A DNA stretch of 64,000 nucleotides from positions 96,001 to 160,000 of the forward strand of contig CAWEPZ010000013.1 in the NCBI GenBank assembly GCA_963811105.1, in the 5' to 3' direction. Below, in pieces: positions 43,156 to 54,200 of this stretch. Source of the DNA: Candidatus Bathyarchaeota archaeon (GTDB lineage Archaea; Thermoproteota; Bathyarchaeia; Bathyarchaeales; Bathycorpusculaceae). The notes below the pieces were generated by a model, which was given only the letters and a program-made list of their open reading frames with translations, made no database searches and was not told the origin of the DNA. The first letter of the stretch is position 1. The number at the start of each line of letters is the position of its first letter. A program made the position numbers and the translations under genes.

Positions 43156-43515
43156 TCAACATTTTTGACGTTTTTGTTTTTTTGAGATGAACAAGGCAGG
43201 GTTTGTTATTTGGCCACTTTGTGCTATTTGACAAAAAGCGCAGGTGATTTCAGATAATTCTATGTGCGAATGAAGAGGTGATTCTTTGCATTGTTTAACT
43301 CTGCAATTGGAGGTTATTGGAATGGTGTTATTTGTGTCATTTTTAAGAATGAAAAAAGTGCATTGATCATTTTTTGCAAAAACGCAATTTGACTTTTTTA
43401 TTCCGCCGAAAAATCCTATGTTTGATAATATTTCCACAAGTGTTAATACTTCTTGATTTCTGTCGTTTTCTAGTCTGTCAATGCGTCGATTTAGCTCTTG
43501 TAGCTGCGTCTCCAT
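43156..43515 (-). CDS. Hypothetical coiled-coil + Cys/His-rich protein
   Basis: N-terminal heptads; C-x6-C...C-x4-C...HSH...CAFC metal-binding-like residues. Confidence 0.65.
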   Translation of the reverse strand: METQLQELNRRIDRLENDRNQEVLTLVEILSNIGFFGGIKKSNCVFAKNDQCTFFILKNDTNNTIPITSNCRVKQCKESPLHSHIELSEITCAFCQIAQSGQITNPALFISKKQKRQKC

Positions 43516-43619
43516 TTGGTATCTGACTTCCGACGATTAATTATATAAGTTTCCTTATATAGTGAGAAGAAAAACTCTGGAAGTTCAAGGTGCGCGATTG
43601 CTTATAGGATGCATGCTAT

Positions 43620-44447
43620 TTACATTACTGCAATTACTCTGGCTGCTGATATTGATTCAATCAGTTTTCTAATTTTTGCTTCATTTGTATAGACTGTTCT
43701 TTCAGATATTTGAAATATTCTGCCAATTTCTTCTTTAGAAATCTTTGTTTTATTTTTTTTGCATTCATTGTAAAAGGCGCCTGCTCCAAGGCCGATCGGG
43801 TTTCCGCCTGATTTTTTTATTTCCAGCAATGTGTTTTCGGCATTTATGATTAGTTGTTTGTCTTTTGTTATTTTTCCGGCATATTCATGCAGATAGTCTA
43901 TCGCTGTTTTTCTATGAGTTCTTAGGGGTTTTGCTTTTTCGTTTAGTGTTTTGTTTAGTAACCAGGCGTGTTTTTTTACTTCTCTTGGGTCGAGGCTGAG
44001 TTCTTTACTTATTTCTTTTAATGAACGCAATTTGTCGTATTCTTTAAGTGTTAAGTGTATTAGGGCAGCTACTGTTGCTCTTTTGTTCTTTGATAGTTTT
44101 TGTGATCGAAATATCGCATGATTTTGGGTGCGTAGTGTGCGTGCTGCTTCTTCTCTGTAGGGAAAGTTTGGAATGTTTAATTGGCAAGAAATAGTTCTTA
44201 GAGTATTTAGCCATTCTTTGAGTGTTTCTGAGTCCTTTTCGCTCCAGTTTGAATACCATTCAGGAACCCATTGCGTAAATCCTTTGAAAGTTGGAGTTTC
44301 ATCTATGACTAATCCGCAGTGCGTACAGATTTGTTCTCCACTCAAGCCTTCTGGATAAACTACTGTACCTTCACATTTTTGGCAGTTCAAACTTTTCTCG
44401 TTCCTTCTATCGGTTGATTTAATATTTGCGATATCATGAAATAGCAC
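43620..44447 (-). CDS. Divergent transcription factor B (TFB/TFIIB) paralogue
   Basis: Zn ribbon CQKC...GEQICTHCGLVI; cyclin folds with AALIHL..K...RSLKEI and GGNPIGLGAGAFY...ISKEEIG..FQISERTV (HTH); B-reader/linker appears shortened. Confidence 0.8.
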   Translation of the reverse strand: MLFHDIANIKSTDRRNEKSLNCQKCEGTVVYPEGLSGEQICTHCGLVIDETPTFKGFTQWVPEWYSNWSEKDSETLKEWLNTLRTISCQLNIPNFPYREEAARTLRTQNHAIFRSQKLSKNKRATVAALIHLTLKEYDKLRSLKEISKELSLDPREVKKHAWLLNKTLNEKAKPLRTHRKTAIDYLHEYAGKITKDKQLIINAENTLLEIKKSGGNPIGLGAGAFYNECKKNKTKISKEEIGRIFQISERTVYTNEAKIRKLIESISAARVIAVM

Positions 44448-44719
44448 TTTTTACTAAGTCCATGACGCTTATAACACTTAAGAATCAGAAATACACATTT
44501 ACTCACAGCACTTATTTTTGGAAAATCTGATAAAAAATTTTATAATTCTTTTGGATTTAATTATTATTGGTTTTGTTTTGTGGCGTACGATACGCAAAGA
44601 TTTGAATAAATTTTTCAGCTATTGTTTATGCTAATGTCGTTTGATTTTTTGCAACTTGACTAGTTTTTTTTCCGTTTTGGTTGATTTTAGGAATTGGTAT
44701 AATGAATTTAGCACTTTTC

Positions 44720-45070
44720 CAGCTGAAATTTCTATTTGCCCTTAATACTCAATTCGATTTGAGATCCACTCAGCCATATTATTGAGCTTCTCTTTTCGCG
44801 CTGCACCAAACTCAAAACATGACTTTGACTATCCAATTTGGAAACATTTTTTGCGATTAAAATAGACTCTTCTGTCCTCATGACACACTAATTTCAATAA
44901 TTTTTTCATGGGAAAATAACATAAGTTCTTGAAGAGAATAGATAGAATTTTTTCTAGTGCGACGTTGCTGAAAACCATTTTAAGGGATTTGTTTACATTA
45001 CTGGATTCCTTGAAGTGTATTCTCAGCCAAAGTGTGATATTTTGATTCAGATTCCGCACGGATAAATATG
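44720..45070 (-). pseudogene. Orphan PAS-domain remnant homologous to PAS1 of kinase 34916-37981
   Basis: AESESKYHTLAENTLQGI / PLKMVFSNVALEKIL / LVCHEDR / IIWLS / NRIEY match AESESKYRVLVEKSLQGI / PLRLVFANDAIGKIL / LVYHEDR / VTWLS / NRIDF. Confidence 0.7.
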
Positions 45071-45227
45071 AACAAACGTACAATAGAAAGCAGTTTTGAT
45101 CTATTTTTTTGGAAATTTGAGTCTTCTCATTTTAATATTTTGAACAAACAGAAAGATGTTTAAGCAACTTGTGGGATAATTCTATTTAGGAAAAAGTGTT
45201 TGAAAATAAAATAAACCTGAGGAATCT

Positions 45228-45518
45228 TTGATGACAGTTCAAGAACCTATAGATCATTGGAACAACTTCACTATTCCGGAGTTGAGGGAGATTCTGGAAC
45301 ACTGCAACGCATTAGTGAGACTTGGTATTGCTCAAGATGAAGAAATGATGATCTCTATTGAAAGAGACATTGCGTTACGAGAAAAGAAAATTAGTCTGCG
45401 TTTTGAGCCTTTTGAATCCAAACATGCAAAAATAAAACGAGTAGCAGAAAAACAAAATCACAGAAAAACAGTCAAAAAACAACAACCGCAAGCGTTCTTA
45501 TTAGAACAGAACGCGTAA
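45228..45518 (+). CDS. Hypothetical protein
   Basis: 96-aa ORF with GAGGA SD; helical composition. Confidence 0.6.
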   Translation: MMTVQEPIDHWNNFTIPELREILEHCNALVRLGIAQDEEMMISIERDIALREKKISLRFEPFESKHAKIKRVAEKQNHRKTVKKQQPQAFLLEQNA

Positions 45519-45662
45519 AAGGTTAGACTTGCAAGAACGTACGTTGTCATTTTAAAACCAAAGTAGACGTTGCTGAGTTTCGGCGATTGTGTTAGCTGAA
45601 TTTGATTTTGAGTCAGTGGAGCGCTTATATGTCGATTGGCTGAATAATACCTGAGGGTCCGT

Positions 45663-46442
45663 GTGGAAAGTAGAGTCTATAGTTATCGAAGATTTGCAAA
45701 CATTTTAGCCTTCATTTTGGTAGTGATCGTTAATGCTGTAGCGGGAGGCACCTCTATCATCGGCGGGAGGAATACGGCCCAAGTTTCCAATGCTTATCCA
45801 ACGTTGATAACGCCAGCAGGGTATGTTTTTTCAATTTGGGGAGTAATCTACTTCTTGCTAGGTGTTTTCGTTGTTTATCAAGCATTGCCAAGTCAACAAG
45901 GCAAAAGCTTTCAAAGCAAAATCGGCTGGCTTTTTGTATTAATTAGCTTAGTAAATGTTTTTTGGCTTTTTCTTTGGCAGTTTGAGTTCCTGATATTTTC
46001 GGTATTTTTTATGTTTTTGCTTTTGGCATCTTTGATTGGTATTTATGTCAGAGTTGGAATAGGCAAGATAGATGCTCCTGCAATAGAGAAGTTAGCTGTT
46101 CATGTTCCTTTTAGTGTTTATTTAGGGTGGATTACTGTTGCCTCAATTGCCAATGTTGCTACAACATTAGTGTCGTTGAATTGGGGGAGATTTGGATTAA
46201 GTGCCCAAATATGGGCTACATTAATTGTTATACTCGTTCTAATTATTACAACGCTCGTTATTGTAACCCGAAGGGATATCGCTTACACTTTGGTTATTAT
46301 TTGGGCTTTGGTAGGGATTGGAATTAACCAAGATTCTAATCAAGCAGTGTTTTACTTAACTGAAATTAGTGCCCTAATTGTTGCAGTATTGCTGGTTGCT
46401 CGGATCTTTGTTGTCAGGTTAAGGAAAAATAGGAAACGCTAA
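45663..46442 (+). CDS. Tryptophan-rich sensory (TspO/MBR-related) membrane protein
   Basis: ITPAGYVFSIWGVIY, N..WLFLW, PFSVYLGWITVASIAN, VIIWALVGI motifs. Confidence 0.85.
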   Translation: MESRVYSYRRFANILAFILVVIVNAVAGGTSIIGGRNTAQVSNAYPTLITPAGYVFSIWGVIYFLLGVFVVYQALPSQQGKSFQSKIGWLFVLISLVNVFWLFLWQFEFLIFSVFFMFLLLASLIGIYVRVGIGKIDAPAIEKLAVHVPFSVYLGWITVASIANVATTLVSLNWGRFGLSAQIWATLIVILVLIITTLVIVTRRDIAYTLVIIWALVGIGINQDSNQAVFYLTEISALIVAVLLVARIFVVRLRKNRKR

Positions 46443-46561
46443 TGGTAAACAAACGTTTTTTCGGTTGTTTTCCGACTTTCTCTTCAAGCTCTGTGTCTGC
46501 TGCTTAGTTCCTAAATGTGGTTATAGACTCGGTTTATGAAAAGTCTGAGAATTGCAGGAAA

Positions 46562-46654
46562 CTATAAGTGTCCAGCGAGAATGCCCGCTATTATTGAAAC
46601 AATAAAAAGCACAATAATACCGATAACTAAGATTTTTTTAGTTGCATGCTTCAA
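46562..46654 (-). CDS. Possible 30-aa single-TM microprotein (MKHATKKILVIGIIVLFIVSIIAGILAGHL)
   Basis: TTG..TAG ORF; basic N-terminus followed by one hydrophobic helix. Confidence 0.35.
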   Translation of the reverse strand: MKHATKKILVIGIIVLFIVSIIAGILAGHL

Positions 46655-46934
46655 TGATTCTGCATCTCTTTTGTGTTAATTGTCAAGATTTACTTTGCAT
46701 TTTAATTAACGTTTTATTAATTCAGAATGTAGATTTTAGAGTTTTCGGTTTTTTTCAAGAATAGTATCTGCATCGCATTGAAACAGCGTAACATGGCAAA
46801 AAGATACAGCGGTTATTACTGTTGCTGTTGTTAGACTAAATTTTGTTCACTCTTATTACGTTTGGGTTTGGATTGGATTAGAAAAGAATATACCTATGCT
46901 TGTATCCAAATATTTGTGGAGTTTTTAGCAGAAG

Positions 46935-47447
46935 ATGGTTGATCAATTAATTGTGGGTACCCTAACTTGGTTTCACATAATTTCTGTAATAGGGTGGTCT
47001 GGGGCTGCTCTCACATTTTTGGTTTCAATTAAGCCTTCGCTTGCAAAATTTTCGCCTCAGGCAAGCGGTGAATTTATTTTAAAGGTGTTACCAAGGTTTG
47101 TAAGGTCAGTGCAAATATTTTCAGTTTCTACAGTTGTTTTTGGACCATCTCTGGCCTATACAATGGCTGATGGTCCACCAAATGCTTTTGATCTAAAATC
47201 TCCGTGGTCTATATTCATAGTAATTGGCGCATCGATTGGAATTAGTGTGTTTCTGGTTGTTTTCTTTCTCCTTACTCCAACCGCAAAGAAGCTAACAGCC
47301 ATAATTACGAATATGAACCAAAATCCTCAACAGCCTCCTCCTGCCGAGTTGAGAAAAATGCAGAAACGCTTAGCGTTAATTCCACCTCTAGCTGTGACGC
47401 TTTTACTCTTGACGGAAGTATTTATGGTAGCAGCTGCCCAGTTTTAA
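46935..47447 (+). CDS. Four-TM membrane protein (CopD/DUF2269-like)
   Basis: WFHIISVIGWSG N-terminal motif and four hydrophobic helices. Confidence 0.7.
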   Translation: MVDQLIVGTLTWFHIISVIGWSGAALTFLVSIKPSLAKFSPQASGEFILKVLPRFVRSVQIFSVSTVVFGPSLAYTMADGPPNAFDLKSPWSIFIVIGASIGISVFLVVFFLLTPTAKKLTAIITNMNQNPQQPPPAELRKMQKRLALIPPLAVTLLLLTEVFMVAAAQF

Positions 47448-47449
47448 AT

Positions 47450-47482
47450 TAGACTGGCGGACATGTTTCCGCCAAATGTCTA
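47450..47482. terminator. Inverted repeat just after the 47447 stop
   Basis: TAGAC-TGGCGGA...TCCGCCA...GTCTA stem followed by TTTATT. Confidence 0.4.
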
Positions 47483-47595
47483 TTTATTCTGTTGATGGAG
47501 TGATCTTAAGTAAGCTCAACTCTTCCTTAAGAACAAAATTTAAACTATAGCTTTGATATTGTTCTAATCTTTGGACCTTCCCATGGCAAAATAAA

Positions 47596-47883
47596 ATGTC
47601 AAGTAATTTGAAAGCTAAGGTTCTCAAGGAGCGAAGAAAAATAAAACCTCTAAACCAAAAAAATAAAGACCGCCTAACAGTTATAGGAATCTTGGCTTTA
47701 GAGGCATTTTTTATTTTTGGTTCCGTAAGCAATTTTTATAGATATATATTTTTAAAAATATATCTCGATATATACCTCGCTATTTTCTCGACTATCGGAG
47801 CTGTAATTTTATTCGTATTCATAATAGTGATTCTCGTAAGCTATTTGGATAAGAGAAAATTTATAAGAAGTTTTCAAAAATGA
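47596..47883 (+). CDS. Small two-TM hypothetical protein
   Basis: Basic N-terminus and two hydrophobic helices. Confidence 0.55.
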   Translation: MSSNLKAKVLKERRKIKPLNQKNKDRLTVIGILALEAFFIFGSVSNFYRYIFLKIYLDIYLAIFSTIGAVILFVFIIVILVSYLDKRKFIRSFQK

Positions 47884-48051
47884 GCGAGGAGAGGAATTGT
47901 GTTCTTTTTGTTCATCATTGTCTGGTGACCGGTTGAGGATATATATTGAGTTTTGGCAAATTAGATGTCGAGCTTGACGGGCATGTCTCAAAAAAAGGGT
48001 TTTTTAGTTGAGCCTTGAATCAAATTGGTTCTAAAAAGGAGAGGGTGAGAT

Positions 48052-48495
48052 TTAGTTCGCAATTTCATAGAACCAGGCGCAGTTGCCAATTGGTCTTTGT
48101 TTGCGGCTTTCTTTTAAGCGATCGTTTTTGATTTTGAGGTTTTCAGAAAGTGCTCCTGCTGGAAACAAGGACATGGCGCAAGCGGGCTTAATTTCGTATC
48201 TTTCTTTTACGAGCTTGCCATGGCATATGCAGGGGCCACGGTTTTTCATGATGTAGTTTTGACCTTGTTTTTCAACAGTAATGTTTTCTGCAAGTTTTAG
48301 GTTGTCGCGGAGGTAATCCGCGATCTTCTGCATCAAGGCTTCGAGGTTTTTGGCTGGAGGTACGGAGTTACCCGTGGTTTTTCCGAGTGCATTATTTACT
48401 TTTGTGAATATCTTTTGGTTCTCTTCGCCCAAAGTGCGTTGAATTGAACATAAAACTTCTAGAACGGGTTTTGAGGAATCATTTTTTCGTCAGAC
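48052..48495 (-). pseudogene. V4R/MetOD1-like small-ligand-binding protein, 5' end disrupted
   Basis: PCICHG...PACAMSL...GAL...GNC Cys pattern; upstream ATG region has a stop and frameshift. Confidence 0.4.
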
Positions 48496-48776
48496 AATCT
48501 CGTTTCACTTCCCCAGGGTGTATTTCGAATTTGGGAGAAGCTAGACTAGCGTTAAAGTTAAGGTGTGTTTAAGATTTGGCAACTAGTTTTTTTCTGTAGT
48601 TTGCGATAAACATTGCAAATGCGCATTTCTGAAGCCAGTTACATTTCGAATTTTTGATTGTAACGTATCGAAAATTGAAATATTGCCGAAACAAGCCGAA
48701 GGCAGTTATATTGCGCCTGCGAAAGAGAAGAATGTATCGTGTATGCAGCGATTCACGATAGAAAGGAGAAAAGAAT

Positions 48777-49400
48777 ATGCAATACATTGAATTATTAATC
48801 AAAGAAAAAATCAGTAGTATAGACCAATCCTTAGATCTTCAAGGCGCAGACCGAAAAATGCTTCAACTCGCATGCAAAGACTTTGGCAACTACATGAAGT
48901 TTAACAATAAAACAACACAATACATGCATTTTGACGAAAATTTAGAAAAGCTCCCCAAGGAAGAATTATCAGAGCTTGAATCGTTCTTAACCATATGGAC
49001 CGCCAAGTGGATGAAGAAGTGGCAAGAACGGATAAAATTGCTAATCGGAAATAATTGTAAAAATGAACTTTTCCAACTCCAGCAGATTTTGGCTAAAGTT
49101 GGACCCATGTGGCAAAAATTAGAGTTCAAACAAGAATTAATTGACATTGTTGTTTCCACCTTAATAAACAACGGAGAAATTTGTGCCTCAGATATTCTGG
49201 CGGAACACGCCGTGAAACTGGAGTTAGCCAATAACAATTTAAATATCGCCGATAAGGCGCAAGCGCTTATCTTTTTGAATAAAGTAATGCGCAGGGCAAA
49301 TGATATGGCAAAAAATAGTGGCCCCCTAATGTTTATTGAGGTAGGCAAAGCATATTTCAACTCAGCAACGACATCATCTCCGCTATGTGTAAAAAGCTAA
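48777..49400 (+). CDS. Hypothetical protein
   Basis: 207-aa ORF with AGGAG SD; WTAKWMKKWQERIKL motif. Confidence 0.75.
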   Translation: MQYIELLIKEKISSIDQSLDLQGADRKMLQLACKDFGNYMKFNNKTTQYMHFDENLEKLPKEELSELESFLTIWTAKWMKKWQERIKLLIGNNCKNELFQLQQILAKVGPMWQKLEFKQELIDIVVSTLINNGEICASDILAEHAVKLELANNNLNIADKAQALIFLNKVMRRANDMAKNSGPLMFIEVGKAYFNSATTSSPLCVKS

Positions 49401-49686
49401 GAAATTTAGTTTTTCGAATTTGGTCGTGACTGTGATTATTCAATCACATAAATACTAAAACAAGAAAATCTTTGTTAATGATTTAGAGAGAAACGCTTGC
49501 TTACTAAAGGTAATCTTACTTTGGTTATACTGTTTATGAGTTAGGAAGAGGCACTAATGCAGCAAAAGAGCGCAACCGTGGACAAAACAGCTAATGAAGA
49601 TAAGGAATTTGTTCAAAATTAGAAACAAAGCAAAAGCTATACCACATAAAACTGTTTTTAGCGCGCATCTTCATTTATTTCCACCC

Positions 49687-50583
49687 TTAAGTTAAGAACC
49701 GTTTGCAGTTAGGACAAAATTGGGAATTCTGCTGAATTTCTGAGTTGCAGAACTTACATGTTTGTATTGGAGAAAACCACTTTGAAATCATTGGTTGTGT
49801 ATTAGTAGTGCCCGATTTGTGTTCATATCTTTTGCCTGCAAAGACGCTTATTTCAACCAACAATGCTAAAGCTACAAACAGGTACAGGTCTCCTTGAGGC
49901 GTTGCACCAGGCGAAATGAGCATCGCGGCGATTGCAAGTCCGGCGTATATGTATTTTCTTTGTTTGGTAATCGCTTTTGTATGTAATACACCAAACTTTA
50001 CAAGAAGCACGAAGAAAGATGGAATTGTAAAAAGCACTCCGCTTATTATTATGGTGAAAAAAATTATGCCGTAAAAATCCATAAGTGGGAACAACTGCAT
50101 GGCGTTGACTGCCGAGTAAAAAGGAATGAACCCCTGAATAAAAGAAGGAGCAAGAACATAAAATCCAAAAATGGAACCAACGATAAAAAGAACTGTAACT
50201 ACTCCAGTGAAGGGAAAAATTGCTTTTTTCTCATGTGGATAAAGCGCTGGATCAATGAACCTATAAGCTTCATATGCAAAAACAGGCAAAGTTATGCCGA
50301 TTGCGAAGACAAGGGCAGCGTATACATAAAGAGTAATGGGGTCAGACATAGAGCCAGCAAATAGCTGAGACCCTTGAGGCAAAAACATGTTGCCGATATC
50401 TACCAGAAGAACCGACATAAGTGGTTTATAATTGCTAGTCATCGCAAAGAAGTCACTGTTACCGGGAAGAATAAGCATGACAAGCAAAGCAACCAAGAAC
50501 GTGCCTAAAACCACCTTCATACGTTTTATAAATTCGGTAAGGTGACCCCAGAAATCTGTAAAGAAATTTTGTGTTTCAGGCAT
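49687..50583 (-). CDS. tatC: Twin-arginine translocase subunit TatC with C-terminal zinc ribbon
   Basis: FWGHLTEF..R, YEAYRFIDPALYPHEK, six TM helices; downstream of tatA; C-terminal CKFC...CPNC. Confidence 0.92.
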   Translation of the reverse strand: MPETQNFFTDFWGHLTEFIKRMKVVLGTFLVALLVMLILPGNSDFFAMTSNYKPLMSVLLVDIGNMFLPQGSQLFAGSMSDPITLYVYAALVFAIGITLPVFAYEAYRFIDPALYPHEKKAIFPFTGVVTVLFIVGSIFGFYVLAPSFIQGFIPFYSAVNAMQLFPLMDFYGIIFFTIIISGVLFTIPSFFVLLVKFGVLHTKAITKQRKYIYAGLAIAAMLISPGATPQGDLYLFVALALLVEISVFAGKRYEHKSGTTNTQPMISKWFSPIQTCKFCNSEIQQNSQFCPNCKRFLT

Positions 50584-50759
50584 GTTAAAGACCCTCCAAT
50601 ATTTCTTTTTCAACCGCAGCTGTATTACGAGCTAGATAGAAGATGGAAGGAGGAGAAAAAATATCGACCAAAGAGTGATTCTTCAACTATAACTCCCCCT
50701 CATATTTTTTTAGCGAATCCGATACCTTTTCGTGAAGAAAAAAACAAATTTAGAAAAGA

Positions 50760-51098
50760 TTATTGTTCGGCGCCTAGCAATTTTACTTTGACGGATATTT
50801 CTTCGGATATTTGCTCTCTAGTTTTGCCATCGGTAGGTATTCCAAGCCGCTGAGCAGTCTCAAGCAACATCTCATCCTTAGTCTTTATTGCAGGAGCAGG
50901 CCGCTGTTCAACAACAACGGCATTGTTAGTCATAGCAGCAGATGAAGTTGCAGCATCAGTAAACTCTTTCTGCGCCTTGCTAAATTCACCTTTAGCCCTC
51001 CCTAAAGATTTCGCAAACTCGGGAATCTTCGCCGGACCCCACATAATAATAACAATCGCAACAACACCGATGATAATCCATTCCCATCCTTCAAGCAT
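50760..51098 (-). CDS. tatA: Twin-arginine translocase subunit TatA
   Basis: EWIII...WGPAKIPEFAKSLGRAKGEF. Confidence 0.93.
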   Translation of the reverse strand: MLEGWEWIIIGVVAIVIIMWGPAKIPEFAKSLGRAKGEFSKAQKEFTDAATSSAAMTNNAVVVEQRPAPAIKTKDEMLLETAQRLGIPTDGKTREQISEEISVKVKLLGAEQ

Positions 51099-51277
51099 TT
51101 TGAAAATGTCTCCTTGAATTGTTTATTTTAGTTATTCTTTTAGTCCCTTTTTTAATAAATAGCTTTGTTGTTGCACATTACCAATCACAACCGCTAGAAA
51201 CTTTAAGAGTGCGCTGTCTTTCCAAACTGCATTGCCTATTTAGCAAAATGCTATATCAAGAATCAAGTTTCCAACAC

Positions 51278-54200
51278 TTAACTATTCAGTACTGCAATAA
51301 TTGTTGCGCCTCTGGCTCTTGGACTAGGATCTCTGATGCTAACTGTAGGAGCTGAAGTATAACCGGTGCCCGGATTCGTAAGCACTATGCCAAGGATTAC
51401 GCCATTTGAGACTCTTGCAGTAGCCGTAGCGCCTGATCCGCCTCCTCCCGTAATGATTACAGCAGGAGTAGTGTAACCACTACCACCACTCACAACATTG
51501 AAACCTGTGATTGTAGAAGTTGCAAAAACTGTAATTGTTGCATTGTTGGACTGGACAGATGCGGTATTGTTGTCGGTAACTTTTAGGTAGATTGTAAAGT
51601 TTCCTGGCGTTGCTGGTGTGAATGTCAAAGTGCTTGCGTTAGCATTTGGTATTTGGCTCCCGTTAAGGTACCATTGATAAGAATAAGGTTGAGCTCCGCC
51701 TGAAATGGTCGAGTTAAACGTCTGGGGCATCCCAACAGTCATGTTACTGAAGACTGGACTAATAGAAACGTTTAGTTGAAGGTAAACTGTCACGTCTGTC
51801 ACAATATTTGATTGAGCTTTGACGTTGAGCGTGTCAGTTATGTTGAGGTAGACTTTGTAAATTCCAGCAACTGTTGGTGTGAAGGTCCAGTTCTGGCTAT
51901 TTGCTCCTGAAACAGCTGTGTCGTTCAGACACCATTGGAAAGTGTATGGTTTCGTGCCTCCTAAAACAGAGGAGCTAAACGTCTGGTTCTGTCCCACGTA
52001 CATTTTCACGTGTGTTGGAGAAATGTTAACAGTAATGCCTGTTTGAACATTTGCAGTTGCATTGTTAGACTTTACAGAGACTGCGCTGTGGTCAGTGACG
52101 TTTAGATAAATTTTATAGGTTCCAACTGTTGCTGGGGTAAACGTCCAACTTGCGGCGGTTGCCCCTGAAATGGCGGTGCTATTCAAGTACCATTGATACG
52201 AGTAAGGTGCGGTGCCACCTGTAACGTTGGAGACAAAAGTCTGTGACGCTCCAGTGGTCATGTTAACGCTGATCGGAATTATGGTAATTGTCGGCTGAGA
52301 ATTCACTGTTATGTCGGTTACTATGTTGGATTGAACTTTAGAGTTTAGGGCATCGGTTACATTAAGGTAGACTTTGTAGTGACCAGTTGTTGCTGGTGTG
52401 AAGTTCCAGGTGGTGGCGGTGGCTCCTGTCACAGCAGTGTCATTCTGATACCATTGATAAGCGTAGGGGATGAGTCCACCTGTTGTGGTAGAGGTGAATT
52501 GTTGTGTTGTTCCAAATGTCATGTTTACTGAAGTAGGGTTGATTATTACTGATGGTTGTGAATAGACGTAGATTGCTGCTGGGTTGGATTGGGTTTTGTT
52601 GTTGAGGTTGTCGGTTACGTTCAGGTAGATGTTGTAGGTTCCGGTTGAGTTTGCTTTGTATGTTAAGGTTGGATTTGTGGCGCCTGTTATCTTGGTGCCA
52701 TTGGTGTAGTACCATTGGAAAGTGTAGGGTGAGAGGCCTCCTGTTATGGTGGAGTTAAACAGTTGAGTGCCTCCCACCGTCATATTCACCGAGGCTGGGT
52801 TGATGGTTGCGACTGGCTGTGAATAGACGTTGATAATAGCCGTATTGGATTGGGATCTGTAGTTTAGGCTGTCGGTTACGTTGAGATAGATGCTGTAGGT
52901 TCCTGTGAAGTTTGCTTTGTATACCAAGGTCGGAGTTGTCGCTCCTGATATTGCATTTCCGTTCGCATAGTACCACTGATAAGTGTATGGGGCGAGGCCG
53001 CCAGTAACTGCAGAGTTGAACTGCTTCGATCCTCCTGCAGTTATGTTTGCGGATGTTGGGCTAATAGAAACCGACGGTTGACTGTAAACTATGATATTGC
53101 TAACGACATTGGAGTTTGCTTGATTGTTGAGGCTATCAGTAACTCTAACGTAAATGTTGTAATGTCCACTTTGAGTCGGAGTGAAATTCCAGTTAGCGCC
53201 TGTAGCTCCTGACACTGCAGTGCCATTCCTATACCACCGATATGTATAAGGTGGTCTGCCTCCTCCAGCAATGGAAGCAAACTCTTGCGATTGACCCACA
53301 TCAATGCTTGCTGCGGTCGGGCTAATGGAAGGGTGCAGAGGCGTCATGTAAATGCCAATCGCCCATAGCCAATCATATCCTGCACCATCAACAGCAGCTA
53401 CCCAACCGTTTCCAGACCACCAAGGATTTACAGTATGCATTGCTTGTGCATTCCAACCGCTAGTGCCAGTTGCATGTACGAGAGGGCTTCCATCAACCTC
53501 GTGCTCGGCATAAGTTGTCGTGGTTAGTGTATCAACTTGGAACGCCCTTACACCTTGTCCATACAATTCCTGGGTCAACCGAATAATGCGGTCATTATCA
53601 AATACGATTGCTCGTCCTGCACCACGAACCTTCATTGAATCTGAGTTTATTGGGCTCATAGGATGCATATGCCATGCTGAAGGGTTCTCGAGATTGTAGG
53701 AATAGTAAAGATATCCTAAGTCGCTTTCGCTGCTTGTGAACATCCACCACATATTATTGTACCTGAACACGGATGAATCCACAGGATTGTAGCTCTGTCT
53801 TGAGAGTATACTGGAAACGTACGTCCAACTGTAGGGAAAATCGGTTGCCTTGTAGAGTCTTACTTCACTTTGCGAGTAAGTTTCAGGAATTAAATAATAT
53901 GTTCCATTCCACTTAAAGATGCAAGGATAAGCTAGACTGAAGGGTTCTGAAAGCACAATTTGCTGGTAAGACCAATCAAATCCATCATTACTGGTCGCTA
54001 AACCAATTTCTGAATAGTCCGTGCTGCTCCAGTGAACTTCAAAGAACATGTACCATAAACCGTTCTCATGATAGATGAAAGGGTCTGCAACATAATCAGC
54101 TGCCCGATCAGTTACGCTTGCCCCTGTTAGAACTGGTTCAACCGTTCCCGGAACCAAGGTGAAGAAATCATGTTTAACTTTGGACCAGTCTGGTACTAGC

